64,000 bases of DNA from Minisyncoccota bacterium (GCA_036405175.1 DASWYC010000002.1:321700-385699), one strand, 5' to 3'. Numbered from the stretch's first letter, positions 9,520 to 20,445 are shown. Program-made: numbers and translations. Notes: generated by a model not told the origin, from the letters alone.

Positions 9520-10383
9520 TTACCACTTCTGCCCTTCGAGTTCTTCAAGAATCTTTTTGGTTTCTTTGGTAAGTTTTCCGTATTCAACCGTCACTACTAC
9601 CAAAAGATCACCCTTTGGCTTAGTGTGGGCGCCAAGTCCCCGCACAGTGATTACATCTTTATGTTTGGTGAGTTCTGGAATACTAATTTCAATATCACCA
9701 TCCCATCCTTTCAGAACATGCTTACCTCCTAGCAATGCCTGCGACAATGGAATTTTAACTTCAGTAATAATATGTTGACCTTCTTTTCTAAATCCTTTTA
9801 CCTGAGCAACCTTGGCGTATACCACCAAGTCTCCAGGATTTCCATTACTGAGCTCTTCTCCATAACCACGGAACTTTAATCGTGATCCATTATCAACTCC
9901 TGGTGGAATAGTTACGTTTACTTTACGCGAACCAACCTTCTTTCCATCTTTATACGTTGGGATTTCAATTTCTTTTGAAACCCCTTCAAGTGATTCTTTA
10001 AACGTAATTGAAACATCGGCTTCAATAGAGCGTCCTTTGCGCACACCACCAAATCCTTCAAAGATTCCCGAGAAAATATCTCCCATATCAAAATCTTCAA
10101 AGTTCACATGGAATCCGCCAGCTCCTCCCCCAAATGGATTAAAGCCACCGCCACCAAAGCCATCAAATCCTTGCGCGCCTGCTGAACCGTACATATCATA
10201 CTGCTTGCGCTTTTGCTCATCGCTTAAGGTTTGATACGCCTCATTCACTTCTTTAAACCTTGCTTCATCACCTCCTTTATCTGGATGATGAGTACGAGCG
10301 TGTTCATAGAACGCTTTTTTGATTTCAGCTTGTGATGCAGTTTTTGGAACACCTAACACTTCGTAATAATCTTTCATGCGCAT
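9520..10383 (-). CDS. dnaJ: DnaJ-family co-chaperone lacking the zinc finger (class B)
   Basis: J domain with HPD, G/F-rich linker and C-terminal domain; no CxxCxGxG repeats; follows dnaK. Confidence 0.9.
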   Translation of the reverse strand: MRMKDYYEVLGVPKTASQAEIKKAFYEHARTHHPDKGGDEARFKEVNEAYQTLSDEQKRKQYDMYGSAGAQGFDGFGGGGFNPFGGGAGGFHVNFEDFDMGDIFSGIFEGFGGVRKGRSIEADVSITFKESLEGVSKEIEIPTYKDGKKVGSRKVNVTIPPGVDNGSRLKFRGYGEELSNGNPGDLVVYAKVAQVKGFRKEGQHIITEVKIPLSQALLGGKHVLKGWDGDIEISIPELTKHKDVITVRGLGAHTKPKGDLLVVVTVEYGKLTKETKKILEELEGQKW

Positions 10384-12254
10384 TAGGCATTGGTGCCTGA
10401 CTCAACCTCATCAGGTGCAATATCTGGTGTTGGAGTATCTTCCTGCTTCATATCTTCAGGTTTTACTTCTGAATAGATTTTCATCATTGCCTCAGAGAGT
10501 GTTTGAGTTTTTGCATCAATCTCCGCACCATCAGTCCCATCCTTAACTGCTTTTAAGTCACTAATTCCTGTTTCAATAGCAGTCTTAGTTTCTGGAGTTA
10601 ACTTTTCTCCATACTCTTTAAGATTCTTTTCTGCAGTAAAGATGGTGTGTTCTGCGGTGTTCTTTTTATCAACAAGATCGCGCTTCTTCTCATCCTCATC
10701 CTTATATGTCTCTGCTTCTTGCTTCATGCGCTCAATATCTTCTTTTGAAAGTCCTGATGAACCCGCGATAGTGATGTTTGCTTCTTTGTTGGTTGCTTTA
10801 TCTTTTGCAGAAACTTTAAGAATTCCGTTGGCATCAATATCAAAGGTAACTTCAATCTGAGGAACCCCCATAGGAGCTGGCGCGATACCATCAAGTGTAA
10901 ACATACCAAGGCTTTTGTTATTAGCTGCCATTGGACGCTCTCCTTGCACCACGTGAATCTCTACCGATGTTTGATTATCCGCAGCAGTAGAAAATACTTG
11001 TGATTTTGATGCTGGAATAGTGGTATTCTTTTCAATCAATTTAGTGGCAATACCCCCACGGGTTTCAAGTCCAAGTGAAAGTGGCGTAACATCCAGCAAG
11101 AGAATGTCTTTAACATCTCCCTGAAGAACTCCCGCCTGAATTGCAGCTCCTTGTGCAACCACCTCATCTGGGTTGATTGATTTGTTTGGATCTTTTCCAA
11201 ATACTTTTTTAACTTCTTCCAAAATGCGTGGCATGCGAGTTTGTCCTCCTACCATCACAATTTCATTAATTTCAGAAGCTGAAAGTTTTGCATCAGCAAG
11301 TACTGACTTAGTGATTTCGATTGAGCGATTTATATATTGCTCTGCAAGTGTTTCAAGTTGTGCACGGGTTACCTTAAGGGCCAAGTGTCGAGGACCTGAT
11401 GCATCAGAGGTGATAAATGGAATGTTAACCTCTGTTTCAAGCGCGGTTGAAAGTTCAATCTTTGCTTTTTCTGCAGCCTCATCAAGACGCTGAAGTGCAA
11501 GTGGATCGTTAATAATAGTGATTCCTGAATCTTTCTTAAATTCGTTAGCAATGTGATTGATGAGTGCTTGGTCAATGTCGCGTCCTCCCATAAATGAGTC
11601 TCCGCCTGTTGCCTTTACTTCAACAACACCATCACCTACTTCAAGAACAGAAACATCAAAGGTTCCTCCTCCAAAGTCAAAAACCACAATTTTCTCGTTA
11701 GTCTTTTTATCAAGACCGTATGCGAGTGCTGCAGCGGTTGGTTCGTTAATGATGCGCTTAACATCAAGTCCTGCGATCTTTCCTGCATCGGCAGTCGCTT
11801 TACGCTGATCATCGTTAAAGTATGCTGGCACCGTAATAACGGCCTCAGTTACAGTTTCACCCAACTTTGCTTCTGCATCAGCTTTAAGTTTTGCCAAAAT
11901 CATTGCAGAAATTTCTTCTGGACGATAATCTTTTCCATCAATTATTACCACAACGCCACCGCTTTCGCCTTGCTTAATGGTGTATGCTGCAGTTTCTTGC
12001 GCTTTTTGAACTTCTGGATCTTTATAAAGATGTCCCATGAAGCGCTTAATTCCATAAATAGTATTTTGAGGATTGGTTACCGCTTGGCGCTTTGCCAAAA
12101 CTCCTACCAATCGTTCTCCATTTTTAGAAATACCAACAATAGACGGCGTTGTGCGAGCGCCTTCGCTGTTTTCAAGAATTTCAGCCTTTCCTCCTTTAAT
12201 GATTGATACTGCTGAGTTGGTAGTTCCAAGATCAATTCCAATTATTTTTGCCAT
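10383..12254 (-). CDS. dnaK: chaperone DnaK (Hsp70)
   Basis: [24 protein letters not shown] and NPDEVVA. Confidence 0.99.
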   Translation of the reverse strand: MAKIIGIDLGTTNSAVSIIKGGKAEILENSEGARTTPSIVGISKNGERLVGVLAKRQAVTNPQNTIYGIKRFMGHLYKDPEVQKAQETAAYTIKQGESGGVVVIIDGKDYRPEEISAMILAKLKADAEAKLGETVTEAVITVPAYFNDDQRKATADAGKIAGLDVKRIINEPTAAALAYGLDKKTNEKIVVFDFGGGTFDVSVLEVGDGVVEVKATGGDSFMGGRDIDQALINHIANEFKKDSGITIINDPLALQRLDEAAEKAKIELSTALETEVNIPFITSDASGPRHLALKVTRAQLETLAEQYINRSIEITKSVLADAKLSASEINEIVMVGGQTRMPRILEEVKKVFGKDPNKSINPDEVVAQGAAIQAGVLQGDVKDILLLDVTPLSLGLETRGGIATKLIEKNTTIPASKSQVFSTAADNQTSVEIHVVQGERPMAANNKSLGMFTLDGIAPAPMGVPQIEVTFDIDANGILKVSAKDKATNKEANITIAGSSGLSKEDIERMKQEAETYKDEDEKKRDLVDKKNTAEHTIFTAEKNLKEYGEKLTPETKTAIETGISDLKAVKDGTDGAEIDAKTQTLSEAMMKIYSEVKPEDMKQEDTPTPDIAPDEVESGTNA

Positions 12255-12272
12255 ACAATTATATATTTAAAT

Positions 12273-12836
12273 TTATTGTTGATAATTTCCGATAATAACT
12301 TGCGCGGGGCGAACAACCGTATTGCCAATCTTCCACCCACTTCGTCCTACTCCAATAACTTTGTGATGAAGTGATTCATCAGTTACGGATTCTTCCTTAA
12401 GAATTTCCTGTGTCGCATGGTCAGGCTCAGCATGGAGCGTAACCGGAATTTGTGCAAGCTGATTATTTTCAAAAATAGTGTTCAGCTGCTTGGCGATGTA
12501 TTCAATACCAGTGCGCCAGTTAGCAGGAACTGATTCCCACACTTCTTTGTTACTCATTGCTGATTCAAAGCTGTCTGAGATGGTAAGAAATTCTTCTAGA
12601 AGGGCTTGCCTGGTCCGTTTGCGGACCTTATCGGTTTCATCCTTCATTTCTTGTTCCCGGTTAATATAGTCAGCTTTTGAGCGCTGCCAACCTTCCAGAT
12701 ACTCCTGGCGTTCTTTTTTAAGGGCTTTCATTTCGGTTTTGAGGCGCTTAACCGTTTGCTGAAGATCTTCTTCAATAAACTCATCGTCGGCTTCAAAATC
12801 GGGATCCTGATCGTTAAATTCATCGGTATTCGACAT
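12273..12836 (-). CDS. grpE: nucleotide exchange factor GrpE
   Basis: QRSKADYINRE and GWKIGNTVVRPAQVII; upstream of dnaK; ATG at 12836 preferred. Confidence 0.93.
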   Translation of the reverse strand: MSNTDEFNDQDPDFEADDEFIEEDLQQTVKRLKTEMKALKKERQEYLEGWQRSKADYINREQEMKDETDKVRKRTRQALLEEFLTISDSFESAMSNKEVWESVPANWRTGIEYIAKQLNTIFENNQLAQIPVTLHAEPDHATQEILKEESVTDESLHHKVIGVGRSGWKIGNTVVRPAQVIIGNYQQ

Positions 12837-12861
12837 AGGTAATTCAAAGGTACTACTTGTA

Positions 12862-12899
12862 TTTGACAATTATATAACGGGCGTTTTTACTTTGTCAAA
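12862..12899. promoter_or_regulatory. grpE-dnaK-dnaJ promoter overlapped by a putative palindromic heat-shock operator
   Basis: TTTGACAAT-N5-AACGGGCGTT-N5-TTTGTCAAA; minus-strand TTGACA-N18-TATAAT; the same motif occurs at 63713-63750. Confidence 0.7.
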
Positions 12900-12972
12900 T
12901 ATATGAATTGAGAGGCTGTGAATATCAAAAAGTCATTAATTATTGAGCTTTTTGAGGCATCTAAGCCTAGTA

Positions 12973-13001
12973 TTGACATAGTTATAGTAGTATGCTATAC
13001 T
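12973..13001 (+). promoter_or_regulatory. sigma70 promoter for the 13078 gene
   Basis: TTGACA-N17-TATACT with an extended TG. Confidence 0.75.
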
Positions 13002-13077
13002 ATTCCTATCTTATTTACTAATCAAAAACACTCAATATATGGCCTGACGAGCCAAAAACCCGTCGCTTACTAAAACA

Positions 13078-14541
13078 ATGAGAAATTCATCTATTATCCG
13101 CTTTGCGATCCTTGCAGGATTTGCAGCATATTGTTTAGTGGTTATCGCTGGCCTTAGCCTAAACGGTTACAGCGAAAATATTAACCTTGTTCAAAGAGTA
13201 TGGGTCAATGACTCATTTCAATGGAAAGGCTTGATAACTCCATTGCAAATCGAAGGAACCAAATTTGAAAGTACCTCACAAAAAATTGCTTTCACCGTAC
13301 CTTGTATGTATGGAGGAAAGAAGTTTGATGTGATTAAAAACACTCCTACCGGGAACAGAATGACAAAGGAAGTGGCCGATTCATTAAGAACTGCTCTTTC
13401 AAGACTCATCTATCCTAAAACGGATTATTTTTACGGAGCTGGAGAATTAAACATTCTTGCTCATAATGCTGATGAAGACCTACAAGCTCTTCTTGGCAAA
13501 GTGCAAGTAAACAAGTTTCATGTGGAGGGCTCAGCCTCTCCAGAAGCCGGTGATGAACTAAGCATTTATCCTAATAAGCTCGAAGATGCAAACCATTCTT
13601 TAGCAGTTAATAGGGGAAAACTCGGTTTTGACATACTTTCAAACATATTCATCAACAATGGTGTAAATCTAAAGAAAGTAAAAGGAACGCACAATGGGCA
13701 CGAAGCTCAGTTGACTTCTCAACAAGCAGACTTGATTGATTTTAAATCAATCATCGATGCTAATCGCGAGAATACAGAGCACGCTACAATGTCACCTCTT
13801 CGTAACTGGAAGGCAGACATTAGTTTAACGATACCAACCAACAAGACTATGTCAGTAACAGTTCCATATCTATGGCTACTATTACTACTATTGCCTTGGC
13901 GTCGTTGGATTGATAGAGCACGCGAGAGTATTCCTTCCTTGAACTTCAAAAAAAGAAGTACTCAGGAGCAACCTCAACACGCGTACTCTGTAGCGCTTCC
14001 CTTCATCCCATGGATTAAGGCTGAATACTTGAAAAGAAAGTTCAGCTTCTCGTGGGAAAAACTTTGGGAAAAGGTTAGTGACTGGTTCTCTGCCCAAAGA
14101 GATGCTGTCAGATTATTCTTCCACGAACTCTCAGTTCGCGTCCGATTCTGGTTTGGCAAACAAGCCGCCAGATGGAGAAGAATAAAGTTATGGTGGTCAG
14201 AGACCTATGCAACCATTAGACCAAGGGTTACTCCTTGTACCGTCTTCTGGCTGTCTCTTCCTCCATTAACTCTTACCATGGCCTCAGGGTACTGGCTGAA
14301 TTCTTGGTTCTTAGTCATAACCTCGCTAATTACATTAGCAGGAGTCGGTATCTATGCTTTCCTTAATTGCCCAAAGGCACAAGGAGTCAAATATACCGAG
14401 TTCGAGGAGGTTGAAGCTGTCGAGGAGAAACCTCGTATGGAACCTATTCAACAATCATGCACTGTAACCGTGCCATGTTGGGTAGCGTACACTGGAGTAC
14501 TAATTATTGTTTCAATGGCGCTTTACATTCTGAGCCATTAA
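13078..14541 (+). CDS. membrane protein with an OmpA-C-like domain and a Trp/Arg-rich region
   Basis: N-terminal TM; VEGSASPE...NHSLAVNRG resembles the OmpA-like GxASPEG..NxxLSxxRA motif; further TMs toward the C-terminus. Confidence 0.65.
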   Translation: MRNSSIIRFAILAGFAAYCLVVIAGLSLNGYSENINLVQRVWVNDSFQWKGLITPLQIEGTKFESTSQKIAFTVPCMYGGKKFDVIKNTPTGNRMTKEVADSLRTALSRLIYPKTDYFYGAGELNILAHNADEDLQALLGKVQVNKFHVEGSASPEAGDELSIYPNKLEDANHSLAVNRGKLGFDILSNIFINNGVNLKKVKGTHNGHEAQLTSQQADLIDFKSIIDANRENTEHATMSPLRNWKADISLTIPTNKTMSVTVPYLWLLLLLLPWRRWIDRARESIPSLNFKKRSTQEQPQHAYSVALPFIPWIKAEYLKRKFSFSWEKLWEKVSDWFSAQRDAVRLFFHELSVRVRFWFGKQAARWRRIKLWWSETYATIRPRVTPCTVFWLSLPPLTLTMASGYWLNSWFLVITSLITLAGVGIYAFLNCPKAQGVKYTEFEEVEAVEEKPRMEPIQQSCTVTVPCWVAYTGVLIIVSMALYILSH

Positions 14542-14639
14542 GCAACCCGTTTTTTAAGTTTTAAATTAAAAAATAAATTGATTTTGTCTCTCGATTATGT
14601 TATAGAGGCACCATGAAATTTATTTTGATATATAACAAG

Positions 14640-14668
14640 ATCCCTTACTATGTTGGTAAGGGATTTTT
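14640..14668. terminator. terminator between convergent genes
   Basis: ATCCCTTAC...GTAAGGGAT followed by a T run. Confidence 0.7.
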
Positions 14669-14674
14669 GATTAT

Positions 14675-16396
14675 CTATTTTTTATATAACAACCGTGCAA
14701 CTTTAATTTCATCATAGGAATACTTGCCTCCTCCAGCATCATATGCTGATTTGAGTGATCCCAAGGCACCCTGCCTATTAAACAGCTTATGAATTGCTGC
14801 TATATTTTTAAGCAGCTTTTTATCAAATGATTGTTCTATTGAACGCTTGAGTGGATGCTCGGCAGGATTTTCAAGAATCTTTTCAATATGACTGAGGATT
14901 GTTCCAAAGACCATTCCCCGCTTTTTAATAATCTCTTCAACAGAAAATCCTTCGTTTAATAAATCATACGTAATAGTCACCGTTGATACCTTGGTGGTAC
15001 CAAAACTATCTTCGCCCATCACGGTTCGTGCCTTTACACTTCCGCCACACGCAAGAATAAAGTTAACATGCATTTGATTAAGTTCTTCATTGGTCATTTT
15101 TCCAAAGAGATCCTCGGCGATATCTGATGCATCCCTAAAGACTCCATCTTGCATTAAAATCTGCGGATGCACCTCAAGTGCGCGTTCGTTGAAACCTAAT
15201 AGATAAATTCCTTTTAATGTCCGCACGCGTGAAAGCGCCACATATCCTTGACCATACTCAAATACTCGCGACAAGTCCATAATTGCTCCGTCCAAGCTCA
15301 TTCCTTGGCTTTTATGAATGGTAATCGCCCATGCTAAGCGAAGTGGGATCTGCGCTAATCGTGCTTTTACTTTACCATCTTCTTCAACGGTCCATTCCAT
15401 CTCCTCGACTTCAATCAACTCACCGTTATGTGTTTTTACCACCGGCGTAGTATTTTTAAATTCAATTATCTCACCCAAGGTGCCATTCATATACTTTTCT
15501 GTAGGGTTATTTTTTGTGAACATAACTTTTGCACCCACTTTAAGTTCTAATACTTCTGGAGACAAACATCCTTTTTTAAGATTTTCAATTAACGCTTTAT
15601 TTCCTGTAGTGGTCATTTCATATTTTTTAGTGAATCCAGGAAGCTTGGTGAGCTCTCCTCCATTCAACGTATCCACATCATAATTATGTGAATAGAGTTT
15701 AGTTACCGGAGGCAAGCGTGTTCTATCTTTGTGGATGCGTTCTGTTAAAAACTCATGCGCTTCAAACAAGCGTTCACCGTTACGAAGTGTAGTAAGAATC
15801 TGAAGCAAATCATCATCTGATTGACGATGTTGCTCACTTAAGTAGCACACTACCGGAGCAGCTTGTTCCCATGCTTTACTATTAAATGCAAAAAAAGTTG
15901 GAATCTCACTTTCATCAAATATGTCATTAGGATCCATCTGCATGCGGCGCTGAATTGGTGGTAGCTGAAAAAAGTCTCCCACAAAAATTATTTGAAGCCC
16001 ACCAAATGATTCATCTTTTCCACGCACTGCTCTGCACACGCTATCAATCGTATCAAGCATAGTATTGCTGAGCATAGAGATCTCATCAATAATCAATACA
16101 CTTGTTTTTTGAATACGCTTCACCACATATTCTTTTTGTGCAAGCATATCAAGTTCATATTCTGAAAGACGATCACGAATACCAACTCCACTCCATGAAT
16201 GAATCGTCATACCTCCAATATGAGTTGCTGCGATTCCAGTACTTGCGGTGATTGCATGGCTAATACCGTGCTCTTTAAGATAGGTCACGTATTGATTGAT
16301 CGTATAACTTTTTCCGGAGCCAGGCTCTCCGGTTAAAAAAACATTGGCACCAGTTTTAAGAATAGTAAGTGCTTCTGCCTGAGTCATACTGCTCAT
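14675..16396 (-). CDS. PIF1-family (SF1B) DNA helicase with a C-terminal HTH
   Basis: GEPGSGKS, ASTGIAA, IIDEISM, GDFFQLPP, WAITIHKSQG and YVALSR. Confidence 0.92.
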   Translation of the reverse strand: MSSMTQAEALTILKTGANVFLTGEPGSGKSYTINQYVTYLKEHGISHAITASTGIAATHIGGMTIHSWSGVGIRDRLSEYELDMLAQKEYVVKRIQKTSVLIIDEISMLSNTMLDTIDSVCRAVRGKDESFGGLQIIFVGDFFQLPPIQRRMQMDPNDIFDESEIPTFFAFNSKAWEQAAPVVCYLSEQHRQSDDDLLQILTTLRNGERLFEAHEFLTERIHKDRTRLPPVTKLYSHNYDVDTLNGGELTKLPGFTKKYEMTTTGNKALIENLKKGCLSPEVLELKVGAKVMFTKNNPTEKYMNGTLGEIIEFKNTTPVVKTHNGELIEVEEMEWTVEEDGKVKARLAQIPLRLAWAITIHKSQGMSLDGAIMDLSRVFEYGQGYVALSRVRTLKGIYLLGFNERALEVHPQILMQDGVFRDASDIAEDLFGKMTNEELNQMHVNFILACGGSVKARTVMGEDSFGTTKVSTVTITYDLLNEGFSVEEIIKKRGMVFGTILSHIEKILENPAEHPLKRSIEQSFDKKLLKNIAAIHKLFNRQGALGSLKSAYDAGGGKYSYDEIKVARLLYKK

Positions 16397-16457
16397 AAGT
16401 ATATCCTGGTAACGATATTTCCCCTATTATTTCTTGACCAATTATATGGTGAAATAC

Positions 16458-16979
16458 CTATAGCTTTTTATAGTAATTCATACCGTACAGCGTATCACAG
16501 GTTGGACAACAGGTGCCATCGGTGGGTCCATCCACAAAACGAGGCTCACCGTACAAGCTTGCATATACATATACTTCACCGTTGCAGTGATATTTCATAT
16601 AGGCATGATTATTAGGAGAACTTGGACCGGAGGTACGAGCACCGCTTGGATCAAGGATTTCGGCGGGCAATGCCCCTGCACCGACCAAACATGAGCTAAT
16701 GGTTGCAGGATAACCGCTCCCTGTATAGTTAAACCATCCATTGCCATCACCATTCCACCCACATCCACTTCCTGCTTCTACATAATTACCATGTGATAAG
16801 TTATACATCATGAGTGCATTCACAATAGAATTAACATCGCTCACACGTCGAGCATCTTGTGCGCGCTTACGAGCACCACTCAAACTTGCCAGTGCAACAC
16901 TCGCAAGGATCCCTATAATCGCAACTACAACGAGCAGCTCAATCAGGGTAAACCCTCGGCTTCGCTTCATTAAAACCAT
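16458..16979 (-). CDS. type IV pilin-like protein
   Basis: Prepilin motif RGFTLIELLVVVAIIGILAS; AQDARRVSD. Confidence 0.9.
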   Translation of the reverse strand: MVLMKRSRGFTLIELLVVVAIIGILASVALASLSGARKRAQDARRVSDVNSIVNALMMYNLSHGNYVEAGSGCGWNGDGNGWFNYTGSGYPATISSCLVGAGALPAEILDPSGARTSGPSSPNNHAYMKYHCNGEVYVYASLYGEPRFVDGPTDGTCCPTCDTLYGMNYYKKL

Positions 16980-17036
16980 ATTCTATTTATTGTATCATGC
17001 CTTATTTTCTTGAGAATATTTTAAAACACCGCAGCA

Positions 17037-18761
17037 CTACGGTGTTTGTTTTTTAGAAGCTTGCTCTGCTTCTTCAACAACCTTTGGTGGAATACTATAA
17101 TACGAGATTAAGAACTTTACCATATTCATAAACGGCAAGCTTAACGTCTGCGCAGAGAATTTAACATTTGCCGGACGCTTAAGATACATAAAGATCAAAA
17201 ATCGAGGCTCTTCCGCTGGAAAGTATCCAAAGAATGAGTGGAGGTTTCTATCGGTCATATATCCTCCCGTACGTGGATCCGGAATCTGTGCAGTTCCTGT
17301 TTTTGCCGCAATGTCATATCCTTTTGGTGGCTCAACATACTTTACCAAACTTTGACTCACAATCTTGGTCAGAATCTTTGTCATTTCTTCGGTAGTTTCT
17401 TTTTTTACCACACGCGATTGCAGTGGAATCACATTATCAAGATCGGTCTTTTTAATAAGTGTTGGATTTACCACATACCCTCCATTAGCAATCACAGAAA
17501 GTGCCTTAACCGTTACCATTGGTGAAAGTGCAATTCCTTGTCCGAATGATGCATTGGCAAACGCAACGTCATTATTTTTATCAAGGTTTTTCATAATACT
17601 TGACGCCTCATACGGAAGTTCAACATTAGTTTTATCATAGAGTCCAAACTCATGGAGATAGTCACGCATTTTCTGTTTTGGAACTTTTGATGTTGCAAAA
17701 TACATTCCGGTGTTGAGTGATTCAATCAATACACGCTCCATCGTAGTTCCCGGTCCACGTCCAAGACGATCAAAGTTACGAATAGTTCGATCACGTACGT
17801 TTACAAATCCTTTATCATCATAGGTAGTAGTTGGCGTTACCACGCCTTCATTAAATGCAATAGACATCATGATTGGTTTGATGATTGATCCCATTTCAAA
17901 CACATGTTCAACCAGTGGATTTGAATATACTGACGCATTAGGTACATTTGAAAAATTATTTGGATCAAATGATGGCACGCTATCAAGGGCTAAAATCTCT
18001 CCAGTATTTGGATCAATCACAATTCCTCCCGCTTCATCTGCTCCCCACTTTTCTTTTACCGTCATCAACTCTTTTTGAAGCATACGTGATACCGTTGGCT
18101 CAATGGTTGTCTCAACATCTGATGAGAGCATGTTCTTAGCATCGATCACACTTTTAACATCAGAAAAGAGTTGGCTAAACGGATTTACCAATGCACTGCT
18201 AGAATCTTTATCGAGCTTATCATTGAAATACTTTTCCAAACCATAAATTCCTTCTTTATTATTTTTATTGTATCCAACAAATCCGAGTGTTTGGGCAGCT
18301 AGCTCCCCTCCCGGATAAAAGCGACGTCGTTCACGAATGATTTGAAGTCCTCCAATTTTATATGATGACAAAATATCTGCCTGTTCTTTAGTAAGCGATA
18401 CACTCAATTCTTCATACGGATCATTTTGTTTGTTTGCCTTAGCAAAAAACTCACCACGATCCAACTTTACAAGTGTATTAATAACAGAAAATACGCGTTC
18501 ACGATTTTTATCCAAGTGCATTGGATTGAATGCAACTTTATAATTTTCAGAAAGTGTAGCCGCCGGAATGCGAACACCAGATTTATCTGAGAAATAAATG
18601 GTACCACGATGAAGCAAGGTGTTTGAGTTAGAAATATATTGACGATCCGCTAAAATTGCAAAATCTTCATGTCCCCTAATTTGAAGTACATATAATTTAT
18701 ACACCATCAAGAGGAAGATGACGCCAAAAGCAAGAATAATAACATTCGTCCGTGAATTCAT
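17037..18761 (-). CDS. ftsI: class B penicillin-binding protein (FtsI-like)
   Basis: RGTIY, FEMGSIIK (SxxK), SLN and KTGTAQ; in the mraZ-rsmH cluster. Confidence 0.9.
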   Translation of the reverse strand: MNSRTNVIILAFGVIFLLMVYKLYVLQIRGHEDFAILADRQYISNSNTLLHRGTIYFSDKSGVRIPAATLSENYKVAFNPMHLDKNRERVFSVINTLVKLDRGEFFAKANKQNDPYEELSVSLTKEQADILSSYKIGGLQIIRERRRFYPGGELAAQTLGFVGYNKNNKEGIYGLEKYFNDKLDKDSSSALVNPFSQLFSDVKSVIDAKNMLSSDVETTIEPTVSRMLQKELMTVKEKWGADEAGGIVIDPNTGEILALDSVPSFDPNNFSNVPNASVYSNPLVEHVFEMGSIIKPIMMSIAFNEGVVTPTTTYDDKGFVNVRDRTIRNFDRLGRGPGTTMERVLIESLNTGMYFATSKVPKQKMRDYLHEFGLYDKTNVELPYEASSIMKNLDKNNDVAFANASFGQGIALSPMVTVKALSVIANGGYVVNPTLIKKTDLDNVIPLQSRVVKKETTEEMTKILTKIVSQSLVKYVEPPKGYDIAAKTGTAQIPDPRTGGYMTDRNLHSFFGYFPAEEPRFLIFMYLKRPANVKFSAQTLSLPFMNMVKFLISYYSIPPKVVEEAEQASKKQTP

Positions 18762-18762
18762 A

Positions 18763-19053
18763 CTATCTCGTCACCACGTATGATGTGTCTTTGTCTGAAA
18801 TATCTACGTACACACGTGACAGTGGCGCTGCAAAGCCAGCTGTTGCACCGTCTTTGTCATCAACAGCTCCTTGCACTGCGTAATAATCAGATGTTTGTGT
18901 TGAAATTTTTGAGGTAACTTCCTCAATCTTACGATTAATTTTTTTAGTCTCGTTTACCACCACCACCATGTTAAAAAGATAGACAAAGAATAATAACCCC
19001 GTCACCACGAGCGAACCAGAACAGATGTTTTTGAGCACGATGAGATATTTCAT
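18763..19053 (-). CDS. putative FtsL-like cell division protein
   Basis: Small TM plus coiled coil, between rsmH and ftsI. Confidence 0.65.
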   Translation of the reverse strand: MKYLIVLKNICSGSLVVTGLLFFVYLFNMVVVVNETKKINRKIEEVTSKISTQTSDYYAVQGAVDDKDGATAGFAAPLSRVYVDISDKDTSYVVTR

Positions 19054-19940
19054 AGAATTTCGATGACACGAAGTCGTGCGCTACGCGAGCGCGGGTTGGC
19101 TAATAATTCTTCGTCAGTTGCAGTGGCACCGCCATAGTTGATGTCCATTGCAGTTCCGTCCTTAATAAGATCACGGAAATAATGTTTTACGATCCGATCC
19201 TCAAGTGAATGAAATGTAATGATTCCAATGCGTGTTCCCTTTGTTGAAACCGTCAGCATATTGGCAAGAAATTCTTGTAAATCACCTAATTCGTTATTCA
19301 CCGTAATACGGAGCGCTTGAAAAACTTTTGTTGCGGGATGAATCTTTTTTCCTCGTCGAGGAATCACTGATTCAATAAAGTCCGCCAGTTCTTTTCCTGA
19401 AGTGAACGGCTTTGTTGCGCGCCGCTCCCTGATAGTACGTGCAATCTTTTTTGCATTTGGTTCTTCACCGTATGCATTAAAGAGTGTCACGAGCGTGTCT
19501 TCAGACCACTCATTGATAATATCTGAAGCACTGATGCCATCTCCTTTGTGGTACCGCATATCAAGCGCACTACTCACAAAAGAAAATCCACGGTCATCTT
19601 GTTTAAACTGATCAGAATTCCATCCAAGATCAGCCAAGATGACATTGGCATGATGAATACCTTCTTGTGAAAGTACGTCACCAATATTTTTAAATGATGT
19701 GGTGTGAACGTGTAGGTTTGACCACTCTGGAAGCGAAGCCGCTACGCGATTACTACTTTCCGCATCCAAGTCAGTCGCAATGTACTGACCAGTTAGTCCG
19801 ATGCGTGGAAGTATTAATCGTGCATGTCCTCCTCCGCCGAGGGTTCCATCAAACACAATGTCTCCTTGTTGAGGATTGAGGTATTCAAGCACTTCTTGTG
19901 CGAGTACGGGAATGTGAGTAATTTCAGTCATAGTGGTCAT
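19050..19940 (-). CDS. rsmH: 16S rRNA m4C1402 methyltransferase
   Basis: HIPVL, DGTLGGGGH, RGFSF, FQALRITVN, FHSLEDR and NPRSRSARLR. Confidence 0.97.
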   Translation of the reverse strand: MTTMTEITHIPVLAQEVLEYLNPQQGDIVFDGTLGGGGHARLILPRIGLTGQYIATDLDAESSNRVAASLPEWSNLHVHTTSFKNIGDVLSQEGIHHANVILADLGWNSDQFKQDDRGFSFVSSALDMRYHKGDGISASDIINEWSEDTLVTLFNAYGEEPNAKKIARTIRERRATKPFTSGKELADFIESVIPRRGKKIHPATKVFQALRITVNNELGDLQEFLANMLTVSTKGTRIGIITFHSLEDRIVKHYFRDLIKDGTAMDINYGGATATDEELLANPRSRSARLRVIEIL

Positions 19941-19962
19941 TCAGAATTGAAGTGGATGATTT

Positions 19963-20400
19963 TTAAATCATTCCAATCTCTCCAAGGAGTGCTGCGTGTT
20001 CTACGGAATTCTTAATTACGCCTTCGCGATAATTGTTCCACACGTTTTGACTCCACAATTCAAGACGGTTAACCATACCAATCACCATAAGGCTTTGCTC
20101 AGCAATATGAGCGAATTCTTTAAGGTGGTCGGGGATAAGAATGCGTCCACTGCTATCTACCGAAGTCTCCACGGCACCTCCAATAATGAAACGTGCAAAT
20201 GAGCGAGATTCCGGCTTACCTATTGAGAGCTCCGAGAGCTTGCTAACGAACTTTTCCCATTCAGACTTAGTGTAGAGAAAGATACAGGTGTCGAGGCCTC
20301 GACAAAGTACCACTGTTTCACCAAGTTCTTTACGCATTTTTGCGGGGAGCGAGACTCGTTTTTTCTCATCAATAGTGTGAACGTGCTCTCCGATTAACAT
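19963..20400 (-). CDS. mraZ: transcriptional regulator MraZ
   Basis: IDEKKRVSLPAKMR and DSSGRILIP (DxxxR motifs). Start moved to MLIGE. Confidence 0.95.
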   Translation of the reverse strand: MLIGEHVHTIDEKKRVSLPAKMRKELGETVVLCRGLDTCIFLYTKSEWEKFVSKLSELSIGKPESRSFARFIIGGAVETSVDSSGRILIPDHLKEFAHIAEQSLMVIGMVNRLELWSQNVWNNYREGVIKNSVEHAALLGEIGMI

Positions 20401-20445
20401 ATCTATCAAACGTAAGGGTTTGAAATAAAGGGTTTTTATCGGTTT

